From positions 8,726-72,725 of the IMG/VR virus record IMGVR_UViG_3300012122_000001: a stretch of DNA of 64,000 nt. One strand, given 5' to 3'. The position numbers and the translations under genes were made by a program. The DNA comes from a virus. Taxonomy: Duplodnaviria > Caudoviricetes. The notes under the pieces were generated by a model. That model worked only from the letters and a program-made list of their open reading frames with translations. It was not told where the DNA came from and did no database searches. This document shows, one piece after another, positions 54,811-63,959 of the stretch (position 1 is the stretch's first letter; the number at the start of each line of letters is the position of its first letter).

Positions 54811-55140
54811 TTCTTCTGGTCTTCCTTGCTGATAACGATCAGTGGCCCAAAGCTCTCCGCCGACCAGCTCACCGTGACGCAAATGATGAAGAGGTACAGC
54901 AGCGTCCACCAGGGATGAGCGTCGATGTACTGAATAAGCGTCATAGTCAAGCCCTCGCCTTCCTCTCTTTTGGCCTGATGTCCATCGACCGCTCGATGGC
55001 AGGAGACCGGTAATATACCGTCCGCCTCTTGCACTTCGGGCATGGCGGTCGCTCGATCGGCTCCCCGCGCATCTCGGTTCGGTAGCGACGACCCTTCCAG
55101 GCGCAAACGCCGCAGTGAACCGCGACCGTTTTCGTCTCCA

Positions 55141-55686
55141 TTAGAGCTGGGCCCCATACCAAGTCATCAGGGCGAAGTTTGCAACGTCGACCGCCTCCTT
55201 CTTGATCTTCTCGCGCTCCGCAGGCTTGGTGATGATGCTGATGTGTCCCCAGGCGACGCGGTCGAGCTCCCGGACCTCGTCCCATAGACGCTCGACTGCC
55301 TCGTCGCAGCGCACGGTCGTCACCGAGCCCTTGTGGTCGTTCTCCTGGAGGACGACTTCCATCGCCTCCGCGAACTTAAGCAGCTCCGGGCGGATGGGGA
55401 TCTTGCCTCCCCGAAGAACATCCATCGCAAGGAGCGCGGCTCCCGCGCTGTCTTCACAAGCCTGATGCTTGCACGTCTCAAACTCCGCACAAACTCGGCC
55501 GTAGGATGAGATCTTGATCAGCGCATTCCGGAGGCGCTCGTTCTGAAGCTTCAAGTCCTCGTCGGTCATAAGCTTGGTGACTCTTCCAAGTTGCTCCACC
55601 TCGGCGCGGAGCTTGGCGTTCTCAGTCTCCATTTCACGAACAGAAGCATTGAACTTATTGCATTCCGCTTCGCTTCGGCAGGTCAT
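55141..55686 (-). CDS. coiled coil plus MazG-like/pyrophosphatase-fold domain
   Basis: F...M...L..N.HKG...RL.DEV.EL...I.KEAVDVANFA.M motif. Confidence 0.6.
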   Translation of the reverse strand: MTCRSEAECNKFNASVREMETENAKLRAEVEQLGRVTKLMTDEDLKLQNERLRNALIKISSYGRVCAEFETCKHQACEDSAGAALLAMDVLRGGKIPIRPELLKFAEAMEVVLQENDHKGSVTTVRCDEAVERLWDEVRELDRVAWGHISIITKPAEREKIKKEAVDVANFALMTWYGAQL

Positions 55687-56129
55687 ATAGCCCTCCCCAG
55701 GAGCCCCTGCTCGACGAGCAGGCCCAGGATGTCCGGCGCCTTGTGGCCTGGGGGCTTCATCCACTTCCCGTCCTCGCGCCTGTAGGATCCGGGCCCGAAC
55801 TTGTCCAGGTTATTCTGGTCGACCGCCTGGAGGACGGGCATATCGGCAACCCCGAAGGCCGAGAGCGTCCCGATCGTGACGACGCTGACGTCGGCGCAGC
55901 CGTCGACGACCTTGACGATGTCCGGCTCGCTGATCGGAACCACGACGAGGTCTCCGCAGTTCAGCTTGACGGCAAAACCCAGGCCGTCCAGCGTCTCGAG
56001 GGCCTCCTCGAGAATCAGGTTCGCACGGAGTTGCCGGATGGCCAGCGATGGGATCATCGGGCTGCCTGGGAGCTCCTGGCCCGCGCGGCGCATGAGCTCC
56101 TCGACGCGCTTCTGGTGATCTGTCTTCAC
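55683..56129 (-). CDS. MazG/PRA-PH-like NTP pyrophosphatase (DR2231-like)
   Basis: LILEEALE, VDGCAD...V..G, V...N..K...R.DGK..KP motifs. Confidence 0.8.
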   Translation of the reverse strand: MKTDHQKRVEELMRRAGQELPGSPMIPSLAIRQLRANLILEEALETLDGLGFAVKLNCGDLVVVPISEPDIVKVVDGCADVSVVTIGTLSAFGVADMPVLQAVDQNNLDKFGPGSYRREDGKWMKPPGHKAPDILGLLVEQGLLGRAI

Positions 56130-56130
56130 G

Positions 56131-56748
56131 CTACCCTCCCACTTTCTTGAACTCGATCCCCAGGGACTTCACGCCGGACGCATCCTCCAGAAACGTGTCG
56201 ATGTCCTTCTGCTTGAGCATCTCGGAGAGCTTCTCGGAAGTCTTGTCCATCGCCTCGCGGACCATCTTCGAGAGCTGCCGAAGCTGGGTCCAGCGGTCGT
56301 GCGTATACGGCAGGATCCGGCCGCGGTCTCGACTGTTCATCACGGCGCCGGGCGCTCCGCCGTCGAGCCGATCTCCGGTGTGATTTTTCTCCTCGCGGTA
56401 CTTCGATCCGAAGCCGGACTCATTCTCCTCGCCGACCTTCCACTGCCGGAAGACATCCTTGCCTTTGTGCCTGGACTTGAAGAACCGGCTGTAGCGGAGC
56501 TCGATGTCGCTGTAGATCTCCGTATCGATCGCGATGACCGGCTCCCACTTCAGATCGCTCCAGCCCTTGATGTAGACCGTCGCCTGCTCGATCAGGTTCT
56601 TCAGGTCGGTCCCAGCGAAGGAGTTGTCCCCTGCCTCAACGGTGAAGGTCGGATTGTGCCTGCTGGAGTGATATCGGACGACCAGGGTGGTGTCCCAGTC
56701 CAGCTTGATCTCGTCGATCTTCTTTCCCTGTTCGGTGCCGCGGGTCAT
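56131..56748 (-). CDS. hypothetical protein
   Basis: 206-aa ORF with SD; no motif recognised. Confidence 0.7.
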   Translation of the reverse strand: MTRGTEQGKKIDEIKLDWDTTLVVRYHSSRHNPTFTVEAGDNSFAGTDLKNLIEQATVYIKGWSDLKWEPVIAIDTEIYSDIELRYSRFFKSRHKGKDVFRQWKVGEENESGFGSKYREEKNHTGDRLDGGAPGAVMNSRDRGRILPYTHDRWTQLRQLSKMVREAMDKTSEKLSEMLKQKDIDTFLEDASGVKSLGIEFKKVGG

Positions 56749-56858
56749 AAAGTCTCCGTGTACACGACTACTTGAGATTCGTCCGGAGCCGCTCACCAGG
56801 GCGCAGGACGCAGAGAGCCTTCAGTAGGCGCTCGAGGCCCTTGGTGTACCGGAGATAG

Positions 56859-57122
56859 TTACGCTTTTTCTTTCTCGGCATTCTTCAGCCCTTCGATCTT
56901 CTTCCCCAGGTAGAAATACGCCTTCTCGAGATCCCGCAGCAGGGTCGCGCCGCCCTTCTTCCCGGCCCTGGAGATGTACTTCCCAACGGTCCAGCAGAGC
57001 GCGTCTTTCTCGAGGCCCCAGGCCGCGAGGCACTTGATCGTCTCGTGCGGGTTGTCGGCGCCGCCGTAGTGCATCGAGTCGGCCTTGCCGTCGGATCCGA
57101 CCTCCCTCTTCATGCGCGGCAT
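56859..57122 (-). CDS. DUF3310-like protein
   Basis: HY......E.I...GKY..RAGKK...DLEKA.FYL motif. Confidence 0.75.
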   Translation of the reverse strand: MPRMKREVGSDGKADSMHYGGADNPHETIKCLAAWGLEKDALCWTVGKYISRAGKKGGATLLRDLEKAYFYLGKKIEGLKNAEKEKA

Positions 57123-57131
57123 GTCTTCTCC

Positions 57132-57908
57132 TCAGATCTTCGAATGTTCCGGCTTCCACTCCCCGTTTTCGCTTCGCTTGAAGTCCTGGAAGATCGCGGG
57201 CCAGCGGGCGACGGCTATCGAGCCGACCTTGTCGAACACCTCCCGGATCTCCGTCTCCGCGGACTCGGCCGTTCGCATTTCGAGAACGTGCCGGAGGGCC
57301 CGCATGTTGAAGGAGACCCCGATCGCCGTCGACAGGCCGATCGGCGCGAGGCGGCGCATCGCGGAGGTGATCTTCTTCTTGAGCGCGAAGTTGGACGTCG
57401 GGTCGTCGAGCTTGAAGTGGTCGGCCATCATGAGCTGGATCTGTTCGAGCGACCGGAAAGTCGTCTCGAAGAGCTCGACCAGCTTCGGATCCTGCTGCAT
57501 CTCCTTGGGCAGCCACAGCCCCAGGTCCGTCAGCCGGACGTAGCGGAGCGACTCCTGGGAGAAGGCGGTCCCGGCCCGGTGCCGGACGACCTCATGGGTG
57601 AAGACCCTGGAGACGTCGGCGAAGATCCAGTTCGAAACGGCGTGCTCCAGAACCGACCCGTGGCCGGATCCGATGATGTTCTTCAGGTACGGGGCGTTCC
57701 CCTCCCGGATCTTCGTGACGTTGGCGTTCAGGCCTGGGGCCCAGGAGCGGTAGCAGAGGCGCCCCATGGCTTCGACTAGATAGTCGCTGTCCGACTCGGC
57801 GTCCGTCTCCCAGTCGTCTCCCTTGACGTGGGCGAGGTACCGGTCGAACTCGGATCGGTTGACCCTGGTCTCACCGACCAGAAATACCTTGGGTTCGGTT
57901 CGATGCAC
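57132..57908 (-). CDS. thyX: flavin-dependent thymidylate synthase
   Basis: GHGSVLEH, SRVFTHEVVRHR...FSQESLRY signature, NMRALRH..E.R. Confidence 0.95.
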   Translation of the reverse strand: MHRTEPKVFLVGETRVNRSEFDRYLAHVKGDDWETDAESDSDYLVEAMGRLCYRSWAPGLNANVTKIREGNAPYLKNIIGSGHGSVLEHAVSNWIFADVSRVFTHEVVRHRAGTAFSQESLRYVRLTDLGLWLPKEMQQDPKLVELFETTFRSLEQIQLMMADHFKLDDPTSNFALKKKITSAMRRLAPIGLSTAIGVSFNMRALRHVLEMRTAESAETEIREVFDKVGSIAVARWPAIFQDFKRSENGEWKPEHSKI

Positions 57909-57929
57909 GTTCTGTCTCCTTCCTCTTCG

Positions 57930-58238
57930 CTATCGGATCGCGAGGCCCTTTGCCTCGGATATTCCGGACCGCTCCGCTTCGTCCAGGAGCTCCCTGAGTT
58001 TGTGGAACCGGAGGCCCTTCGGCAGCTTTTCGAAGACGGATCGCACGAGCATGTCGTTCACGTCGAGATCCAGAGCCCGACTGAGCCTCCGGACCATCTT
58101 CGGGGACGGCGGATTGAGCTTCCCTGTCTCGATTCCGCAGATGTACCCCTTGAAGGTCTGGGTGATCTGCGCGAGAGCGGACATGCTGTACTGCTTGGCA
58201 TGTCGTGCTTCACGAATCAGCTCTCCGAACGTTTTCAT
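57930..58238 (-). CDS. XRE-family HTH regulator
   Basis: FGELIREAR...S...LA.....YI..IETG...PPS pattern. Confidence 0.85.
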   Translation of the reverse strand: MKTFGELIREARHAKQYSMSALAQITQTFKGYICGIETGKLNPPSPKMVRRLSRALDLDVNDMLVRSVFEKLPKGLRFHKLRELLDEAERSGISEAKGLAIR

Positions 58239-58284
58239 GCTGCGCTTCTCCTTCTTCTTCCTTGTCCCTTTACCCGGTCGTTCG

Positions 58285-58827
58285 CTACTTCCTCGCTGCC
58301 TTAGGGACCTCCGATCCCTTGTTCTTCGGCTCCAGTTCCTTGACCCGCGCCAGGGCCTTCTTCATCCGATCGTCGTAGTCGACCATATTCCGGACCGCCT
58401 CCAGGCGCTCGCGATCGTGCTTCTCCACCTCCAGGTGCGCGGCGTCCCTGGCCTTCTGCATCGTCGTCATCGTGGTCTGCATGATGACGATCTTCTGCTC
58501 CGCGGCGACCGCCCGGTGCAGGGTGACCTTCTCGTTGTCCTGGAAGACCTCGAGCCGCCTCTTGAGGTCCACGAGCTCTTTGTGCTTGAGACCGACCTCG
58601 CGCCGGAGCCCATCGACCTCGGTCGAGAGCTCCTTGTCCGTCCGCGTCATCTTGAGCCTGAGGTTCTCGGCTTCGAGCTTGATGATCTGGCTGTTCTTCG
58701 ACGAGACGAGCTCTTTCGCGGACCGGAGATCTCCGGCCAGCTCGGCGAGACGCCCCTCGAATCGCCTGACCGTGAGCTCCAGCTCGATTGAATTTGCGGT
58801 CGGCGCGACGGATTCGGTCGGTTCCAT
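58285..58827 (-). CDS. coiled-coil protein
   Basis: Continuous heptad pattern. Confidence 0.75.
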   Translation of the reverse strand: MEPTESVAPTANSIELELTVRRFEGRLAELAGDLRSAKELVSSKNSQIIKLEAENLRLKMTRTDKELSTEVDGLRREVGLKHKELVDLKRRLEVFQDNEKVTLHRAVAAEQKIVIMQTTMTTMQKARDAAHLEVEKHDRERLEAVRNMVDYDDRMKKALARVKELEPKNKGSEVPKAARK

Positions 58828-58828
58828 G

Positions 58829-59419
58829 TCATCCCTTCTTTGTAATAATGAGAGTTTTCTCAGGCTCCGGAACGTGGTTTGAGATTAGCTCGCCGGACTC
58901 GATCTTCTGGTTGACGAACTTCTTCACGCCGGGGAAGTCCGTGTTGTCGTAATCGTGGAAGACGACGAACCCGCCGGGCGCCACGAACGAGCTGAAATGC
59001 TCGTAGTCCGACGCGACGGCCTCGAAGGTGTGCAGACCGTCGATGAAGAGCAGCGAGATCGGATTGAACCACCGAACGCACTCAGCCCGCTCGCGGACGG
59101 GAATGACGAAGCTCCCGACCCCTGCCAACGAGATGTTCGTGAGGAACGCATTGAAGGTCGGCTCAACCTCCCTGGTGGTCAGCTTCCCCTCGTGCGGGTC
59201 GACGGCGTAGACTCTGACGTCCGGATCCCCGAAGTCCTGGACGGCGATCCCCAGAACGACGGTCGATCGACCCTTGAAGCTGCCGATCTCGACGATCGCA
59301 AGGCCTGGGAACTCCCGGATCGCGTCGATCGCCGTCTGGTACAGAGGCCCCATCTCAGGCTCGTTGAACCAGCCGTCGATCTTCTTCGCGGCCTGGACGG
59401 CTCTATCTTCGCTAGACAT
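58829..59419 (-). CDS. SAM methyltransferase (Methyltransf_24-like)
   Basis: IVEIGSFKGRST, LLFIDGLH.FE and GG.VVFHDY motifs. Confidence 0.9.
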   Translation of the reverse strand: MSSEDRAVQAAKKIDGWFNEPEMGPLYQTAIDAIREFPGLAIVEIGSFKGRSTVVLGIAVQDFGDPDVRVYAVDPHEGKLTTREVEPTFNAFLTNISLAGVGSFVIPVRERAECVRWFNPISLLFIDGLHTFEAVASDYEHFSSFVAPGGFVVFHDYDNTDFPGVKKFVNQKIESGELISNHVPEPEKTLIITKKG

Positions 59420-60092
59420 TGGACAGATCCTTCTTCATCTGATCGGTCATCCGCTCGACCCAGCCGGTCACCTTCGGCAAACCCGCGTAGTGGACGATGT
59501 GGAGATCCTTCCGGTTGTCCGCGCGCCGGAGGGAGTGTAGACCGTTCCACCGGATCCCGAGATCCAGGAACTTGAAGCCATGGCGGGCCACCGCGAGGTT
59601 CGTGTAAGTCTGTTCGGACATCGGCTCACCCTTCGGGTTGAGCGGGAGCTCGAAGGCGTCCCGATGCGTCCGGTCGGCCAGCACTACCCCGGTGTTGAAG
59701 TAGGTGAAGCCGCGCTCCGCAACAGGCCGCTGGGTCATGATCCCGTAGAACGGTCCGTCCTTCTCCATCTCCCGGACGCGATCCGTGAAGTACTTTCCCT
59801 CTTCGAAGGCGGCGAAGACCCCCGCAGGAACCTGATCGAAGATCGACGGCGCCGTCGTCCGAACGACCAAGTCGGCGTCCAGCAGGAGGACTCGACCGTA
59901 CTTCTCCAGGAGACCGGCGATCTGGAACTTCTCCCAGTAGAACTGGTATCCGGGGAAGGCTCGGGCGCGCACAACGATCAGCTCGGCGCCGATCCGGTCA
60001 GCGTACGCCTGGATCGTTGGAAGAGAGACGGACGCGACGCGCTCGTAGTTCTTCCCGATGACGACCGTGACGATCGCGAGGTCTTTGCTCAT
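59412..60092 (-). CDS. glycosyltransferase, GT8-like
   Basis: LLLDAD, YFNTGV, EQ...N, WN and IVHYAG motifs. Confidence 0.85.
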   Translation of the reverse strand: MSKDLAIVTVVIGKNYERVASVSLPTIQAYADRIGAELIVVRARAFPGYQFYWEKFQIAGLLEKYGRVLLLDADLVVRTTAPSIFDQVPAGVFAAFEEGKYFTDRVREMEKDGPFYGIMTQRPVAERGFTYFNTGVVLADRTHRDAFELPLNPKGEPMSEQTYTNLAVARHGFKFLDLGIRWNGLHSLRRADNRKDLHIVHYAGLPKVTGWVERMTDQMKKDLSNV

Positions 60093-60895
60093 GGCTTCTG
60101 CGTGAGGACGGCCTTGGAGATGCGGATCCCGGAAGCGAGGGCGCTGATCGCGAAGGCACCTTTGTCCTGGGCGCCGCCGACCTTGGGGCCACCCAGCGGC
60201 TCCACGTTCGTCCAGTCCGACCGGAACGTCGTCACGTCCTTGCCGTCGACCTGCACGACGAGACCGGCCCGCCGGACCATGAAGACGACCGTATGCGGCT
60301 TCTTCACGGCAAACTGACGGCCGGGGGCGGGGGCGGAAGCCTTCGTGTGCCCATCCGGGCCTCCAGGCACCAGGATCGCGGAGCACTTCCCTTTTTGGAT
60401 GTCGAAGTAGTACTGACACTGGCGACCGCCTGGGATCTGGAGCGTCACCCCGATGTTGTCGTCACCCTCGGTCCGCTCCATCGTGAGCGTCAAGTTGTAC
60501 TCCTCGGAGGCCGGGGTGTACCGGATCTGGCAGGTACCGTGCTCGACGACGGCTGGAGCCGTCAGAAGAAGCGAGCCGTCCTGCTGGAACTTCCAGGCCC
60601 CTGCCAGGAAGTCCTTGTCGGTCTCGACCTTCTTGAGCAGGTCGACCGAGTCGAGCTTGTCCTTCTTCCCGAAGGACATCGTCGCGCCGGTCAGCGGGGA
60701 GACGGGCTCGGTCTTCTCGAAGCCCGTGACCTCGGAGCGTTTGACGACCATCCGGACGCCCTCGGGGGTGACGATCGTGTACGTCTCGCCCGTGTCCTCC
60801 AGGCTCTTGAAGTCGATCCGGCGCCCGTCCTTCAGGAGCACCTCGTCCGAGAAGCAGGGGACCGAAAGCGTCAGCAGAATCAGGATCGTCTTCAT
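60089..60895 (-). CDS. secreted/periplasmic protein with Planctomycetota-like architecture
   Basis: Signal peptide, D.V.LKDG..I...TP.G...V.R.EV domain, then a ConA/LamG-like beta-sandwich (DLL...D...G.W...L...Y.P..EY.L); own GGAGG SD. Confidence 0.65.
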   Translation of the reverse strand: MKTILILLTLSVPCFSDEVLLKDGRRIDFKSLEDTGETYTIVTPEGVRMVVKRSEVTGFEKTEPVSPLTGATMSFGKKDKLDSVDLLKKVETDKDFLAGAWKFQQDGSLLLTAPAVVEHGTCQIRYTPASEEYNLTLTMERTEGDDNIGVTLQIPGGRQCQYYFDIQKGKCSAILVPGGPDGHTKASAPAPGRQFAVKKPHTVVFMVRRAGLVVQVDGKDVTTFRSDWTNVEPLGGPKVGGAQDKGAFAISALASGIRISKAVLTQKP

Positions 60896-61030
60896 GGTCT
60901 TACCTCCTGTTTTCTTGGGGGTGTCCCAGTACGGGGACTTGCACTTCGGGCACATCCGGATCTCGCTCTGCCTGGGCGACCACTTGTGGGAGCACCTCTT
61001 GCACTCGAACTTCGGAATATTTACTTTCAT
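60896..61030 (-). CDS. 45-aa C2-C2 zinc ribbon, in frame with the secreted protein (no stop between them)
   Basis: CKRC.H.W.PR....CPKCKSPYWD; leaderless position. Confidence 0.6.
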
Positions 61031-61033
61031 ACT

Positions 61034-61065
61034 GGTAAGTTTACTTGTAAGTAAGTTTTTGTCAA
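61034..61065 (-). promoter_or_regulatory. leaderless sigma70-like promoter with ACTTAC repeats
   Basis: TTGACA-N16-TAAACT, ATG 7 nt downstream; three ACTTAC copies overlap the spacer and -10. Confidence 0.65.
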
Positions 61066-61066
61066 C

Positions 61067-61705
61067 TCAAAAATTGAAGTTTCGGTTGGTGATGTACCAG
61101 GGCCTACCCTGTTCATTGACTCCGATCGCCTTCTCCAGACCCCACTTCTTGATCAGCTTCACCTTCTGGACGGTCCCTGGAGTCCCCTTGGGTGTGCCCT
61201 CGATCTGGCTGCCGTGCATCGGGTCAAGCTCATGGAACCGATGATAGACCCTCCTCCCGAGAGTCATCCGGATCGCGTAGTCGTCGTCCTCGCAGTATCC
61301 GGGATAGAACTGCTCGTCGTAGAAGCCGATCGTCTGGATATTCTCCGGACGATGGATCTGGATAGAGAACTGGTGGAACGCCAGGAAGAGGTCGATGTCC
61401 TGGTGCTTCTCGAGCAGCTTTTTCGTCCGGTCGAGATGGGCGCCGCTCCAGATGATGTCGTCCTGGAGCAGGACGAGACCATTGAAGTCACGGTACTCGA
61501 ACGCTCTCCGAAGGAAGAGGTTCCACGACCCGGAGACGCCCAGGTTCTTTTCCGGCCGCTCGATCGGCACGTTGATGTTGATCTTCTGGTTTCCGTTGTC
61601 GAGGATCAGGACTTCGTCCGGAGGTTTGATGGATTCCAGGAAGGACTTGTTCCGGATCAGCAGGTCCGCGCGAGACAGGGTCGGGATGGCGACCATCAGT
61701 TTCAT
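61067..61705 (-). CDS. glycosyltransferase, GT2-like
   Basis: VAIPT, ILDNG, NLGVSGSWN, LLQDD and GFYDE.FYP.Y.EDDDY motifs. Confidence 0.85.
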   Translation of the reverse strand: MKLMVAIPTLSRADLLIRNKSFLESIKPPDEVLILDNGNQKININVPIERPEKNLGVSGSWNLFLRRAFEYRDFNGLVLLQDDIIWSGAHLDRTKKLLEKHQDIDLFLAFHQFSIQIHRPENIQTIGFYDEQFYPGYCEDDDYAIRMTLGRRVYHRFHELDPMHGSQIEGTPKGTPGTVQKVKLIKKWGLEKAIGVNEQGRPWYITNRNFNF

Positions 61706-62529
61706 TTCGGCGTTTCCGAAAAGTTCTTTTTAAGAAACTCTGAAAACTTCGAAACCGTGAACTCGACGAAAAGCATCCTGACGGTCTCGGGATAGTCTTT
61801 CCCGAACCCGAACGGAGAGGGGTTGTCGAAGTCGTGCCATTTGTATTTCGGCGGATACATCGTGAAGTTCGGCTTCCGCTCGTACCAGGACAAAAGGAGC
61901 AGCGCCGAGTGGGCACAGACCATTGCCCGCGACCGCTTGACGACCTCGGCCGTCCCTGGAACGGACAGCCTGTCCGTGAAGTCGATGATCCCTGGGCCGC
62001 TCGGCCGGGTCGGAGCATCCTTCCTGGCGTGCGGCCCCGCATAGGTCCGCCCCAGGAAGACGACCGGGATCCCGCGGACCTTGGCCGAGGCGCAGATGTG
62101 GACGACGGTCGGAAGCGGGATGTTCCGGTTCTCGATCTCCATCCCGGACGAGGTGGGCGCGATCCCCAGGAACGGCACCTTCGGAAGATCCGACTCGATG
62201 ATCTTGAGGTCATCCGGAGACGGGTAGAACTTGATCGGAGCGCGCGCCCTTGGCGGACGCTGCGGCGGCATCTGCTCCGGGATACCGGCGTCCTTCCGGA
62301 TCTGCGGATTATCGTACGGAGGATTGAAGAAGTGCTTGGACTTCACGATGTCGATCTGGGGCGCCTTCGGATGCCACTTCAAGATCTCGTCGGCAAACGG
62401 ATTGTGCGAGATGAGCGTCACCTTGATCCGCTCGTCCGGCTTGAGCGCCTCGATGTCCTCGTACGCCATCGTCTCGTGGAACCAGATGAAGCAGTCCCCC
62501 AGGCCACCACGAGCCTCGATCTCGATCAC
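61702..62529 (-). CDS. glycosyltransferase-like, GT-B (GT9-like)
   Basis: GGLGD, then ...R.IP, VVFLG, IDFTDRLS...AEVV..S..M....SAL pattern. Confidence 0.55.
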   Translation of the reverse strand: MIEIEARGGLGDCFIWFHETMAYEDIEALKPDERIKVTLISHNPFADEILKWHPKAPQIDIVKSKHFFNPPYDNPQIRKDAGIPEQMPPQRPPRARAPIKFYPSPDDLKIIESDLPKVPFLGIAPTSSGMEIENRNIPLPTVVHICASAKVRGIPVVFLGRTYAGPHARKDAPTRPSGPGIIDFTDRLSVPGTAEVVKRSRAMVCAHSALLLLSWYERKPNFTMYPPKYKWHDFDNPSPFGFGKDYPETVRMLFVEFTVSKFSEFLKKNFSETPK

Positions 62530-63959
62530 GGCTGTACCTCCATCAGGCGCCGGGCGACCCTGGAGGCCGCGGCGTCCCAGGTATACTTCTTGGAAATATT
62601 CAGGCGAAGCGCCTCACGCCGCCGGGAGACTTCCCGGCCCCCTCGGTAAACAGTCCGAAGGAGTTCCGACAGCTTCCGGATCGACGGCTTCTCGTACGAC
62701 GAGAAAAGCTGACCCTTGTACCAGTCGGAGATCCAGTCGCCTTCCGGGTACTTCCGGACCCCGTCCGGCTTGAACATGAACGTCTCGGTGAAGATCTCAG
62801 TGTGGCAGGTATTGTTGGGAACGATGACCGGGATCCCGCAGGCCGCCGCCTCGGCCGCGGGCAGGTTGAACCCTTCGCCACGCGAGGCGGAGACGTAGGC
62901 GTCAACAGCGGCGTAGATCCTGGAGATCCCGTGTTCGTCGAAGGAGCCCTCCAGCGTCCAGATCGGGACCTTATACTTCGCGAACTGCTTGTAGACCTTT
63001 TCGTTCCAGGCGGGCGGAGAATGGGTCAGACCGATCACGAAGTGGACGTGCTTGTTCCTCGAGAAGGCGTGCTCCATCGCATCGGCGACGACGTCCCAGC
63101 CCTTCCGGAAGCCCGGCAGGCCGATCGTCAGGAACACGAACCCGTCCGGCACCGCCATGAGGCCGCGGCGGCGCGTCGAGATCAGGCGGCACGTCGGAAG
63201 CGGCGTCCGCTTCTGCGGCCGGAAGATGATCGGGTCGATCCCCAGGGGCATAACCCTGCCTGGGAGCTTGATGCCTGAGTGCTTGAAGACGTCGAGGTTC
63301 CACTGGGACGGCGTCCAGATCTCGTCGAAGTTCGCATTGGCCCGCTTCACCATGTCGTCGTGTACACGGATCGAGCTCTCCTGCATCGTCCAGACGATCC
63401 GGTGGCGGGTCTTCTGGGAGATGTGGTCAGGACCCATCATCCGCAGAAGCGGCGCCCGCGGATCGACGAGGATGTTCTTGTGAACGTCGAGTCTCGACCT
63501 GAGATCCTCCTTCACATAGACCGGCTCCTTGTGCGTGTCGTCGATCCGGACGGACATGGAGTTCGCCAGCCGGAAAAGGATCTCACGGTTGGCCTTCCCG
63601 TAGCCGGTGTACTGGTAAAGGTGGCCGACCCAGAGGACCCCAGGCGGAGGCGCCTGCGGCATCTCCGCCTTGACGGCAGAGGATGAGAGCTTCGAGATCC
63701 GGTAGGCCTCGTCGAGGGTGATCCCCTTCGACGGGAACTCGACGACCGGCTGCGCCGACAGATCCTGCGTCCGCATGGAGGACTCACGCCAGATCCACGT
63801 CCTGGATAGGTGAAGGAACTTCGCGTCCTTCATTTCATTGAGCGTGATCGCAAGGTTGAGCGCCTCCCGACCTGGGGAGACGTCGTTCCGCTCCATCCAG
63901 CGGTTGAGCACTCGACTGGATGCCGGGGTCCTCCTGAAGAGAACCGAATCCAAAGACAC
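62526..63959 (-). CDS. glycosyltransferase, GT4-like with N-terminal extension (start uncertain)
   Basis: TGYG.ANR, WTMQES, EIW.PS.WN, RKGWD, SRGEGFNLP.AEAAACG.PVI and YTW...A motifs. Confidence 0.85.
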   Translation of the reverse strand: MSLDSVLFRRTPASSRVLNRWMERNDVSPGREALNLAITLNEMKDAKFLHLSRTWIWRESSMRTQDLSAQPVVEFPSKGITLDEAYRISKLSSSAVKAEMPQAPPPGVLWVGHLYQYTGYGKANREILFRLANSMSVRIDDTHKEPVYVKEDLRSRLDVHKNILVDPRAPLLRMMGPDHISQKTRHRIVWTMQESSIRVHDDMVKRANANFDEIWTPSQWNLDVFKHSGIKLPGRVMPLGIDPIIFRPQKRTPLPTCRLISTRRRGLMAVPDGFVFLTIGLPGFRKGWDVVADAMEHAFSRNKHVHFVIGLTHSPPAWNEKVYKQFAKYKVPIWTLEGSFDEHGISRIYAAVDAYVSASRGEGFNLPAAEAAACGIPVIVPNNTCHTEIFTETFMFKPDGVRKYPEGDWISDWYKGQLFSSYEKPSIRKLSELLRTVYRGGREVSRRREALRLNISKKYTWDAAASRVARRLMEVQP

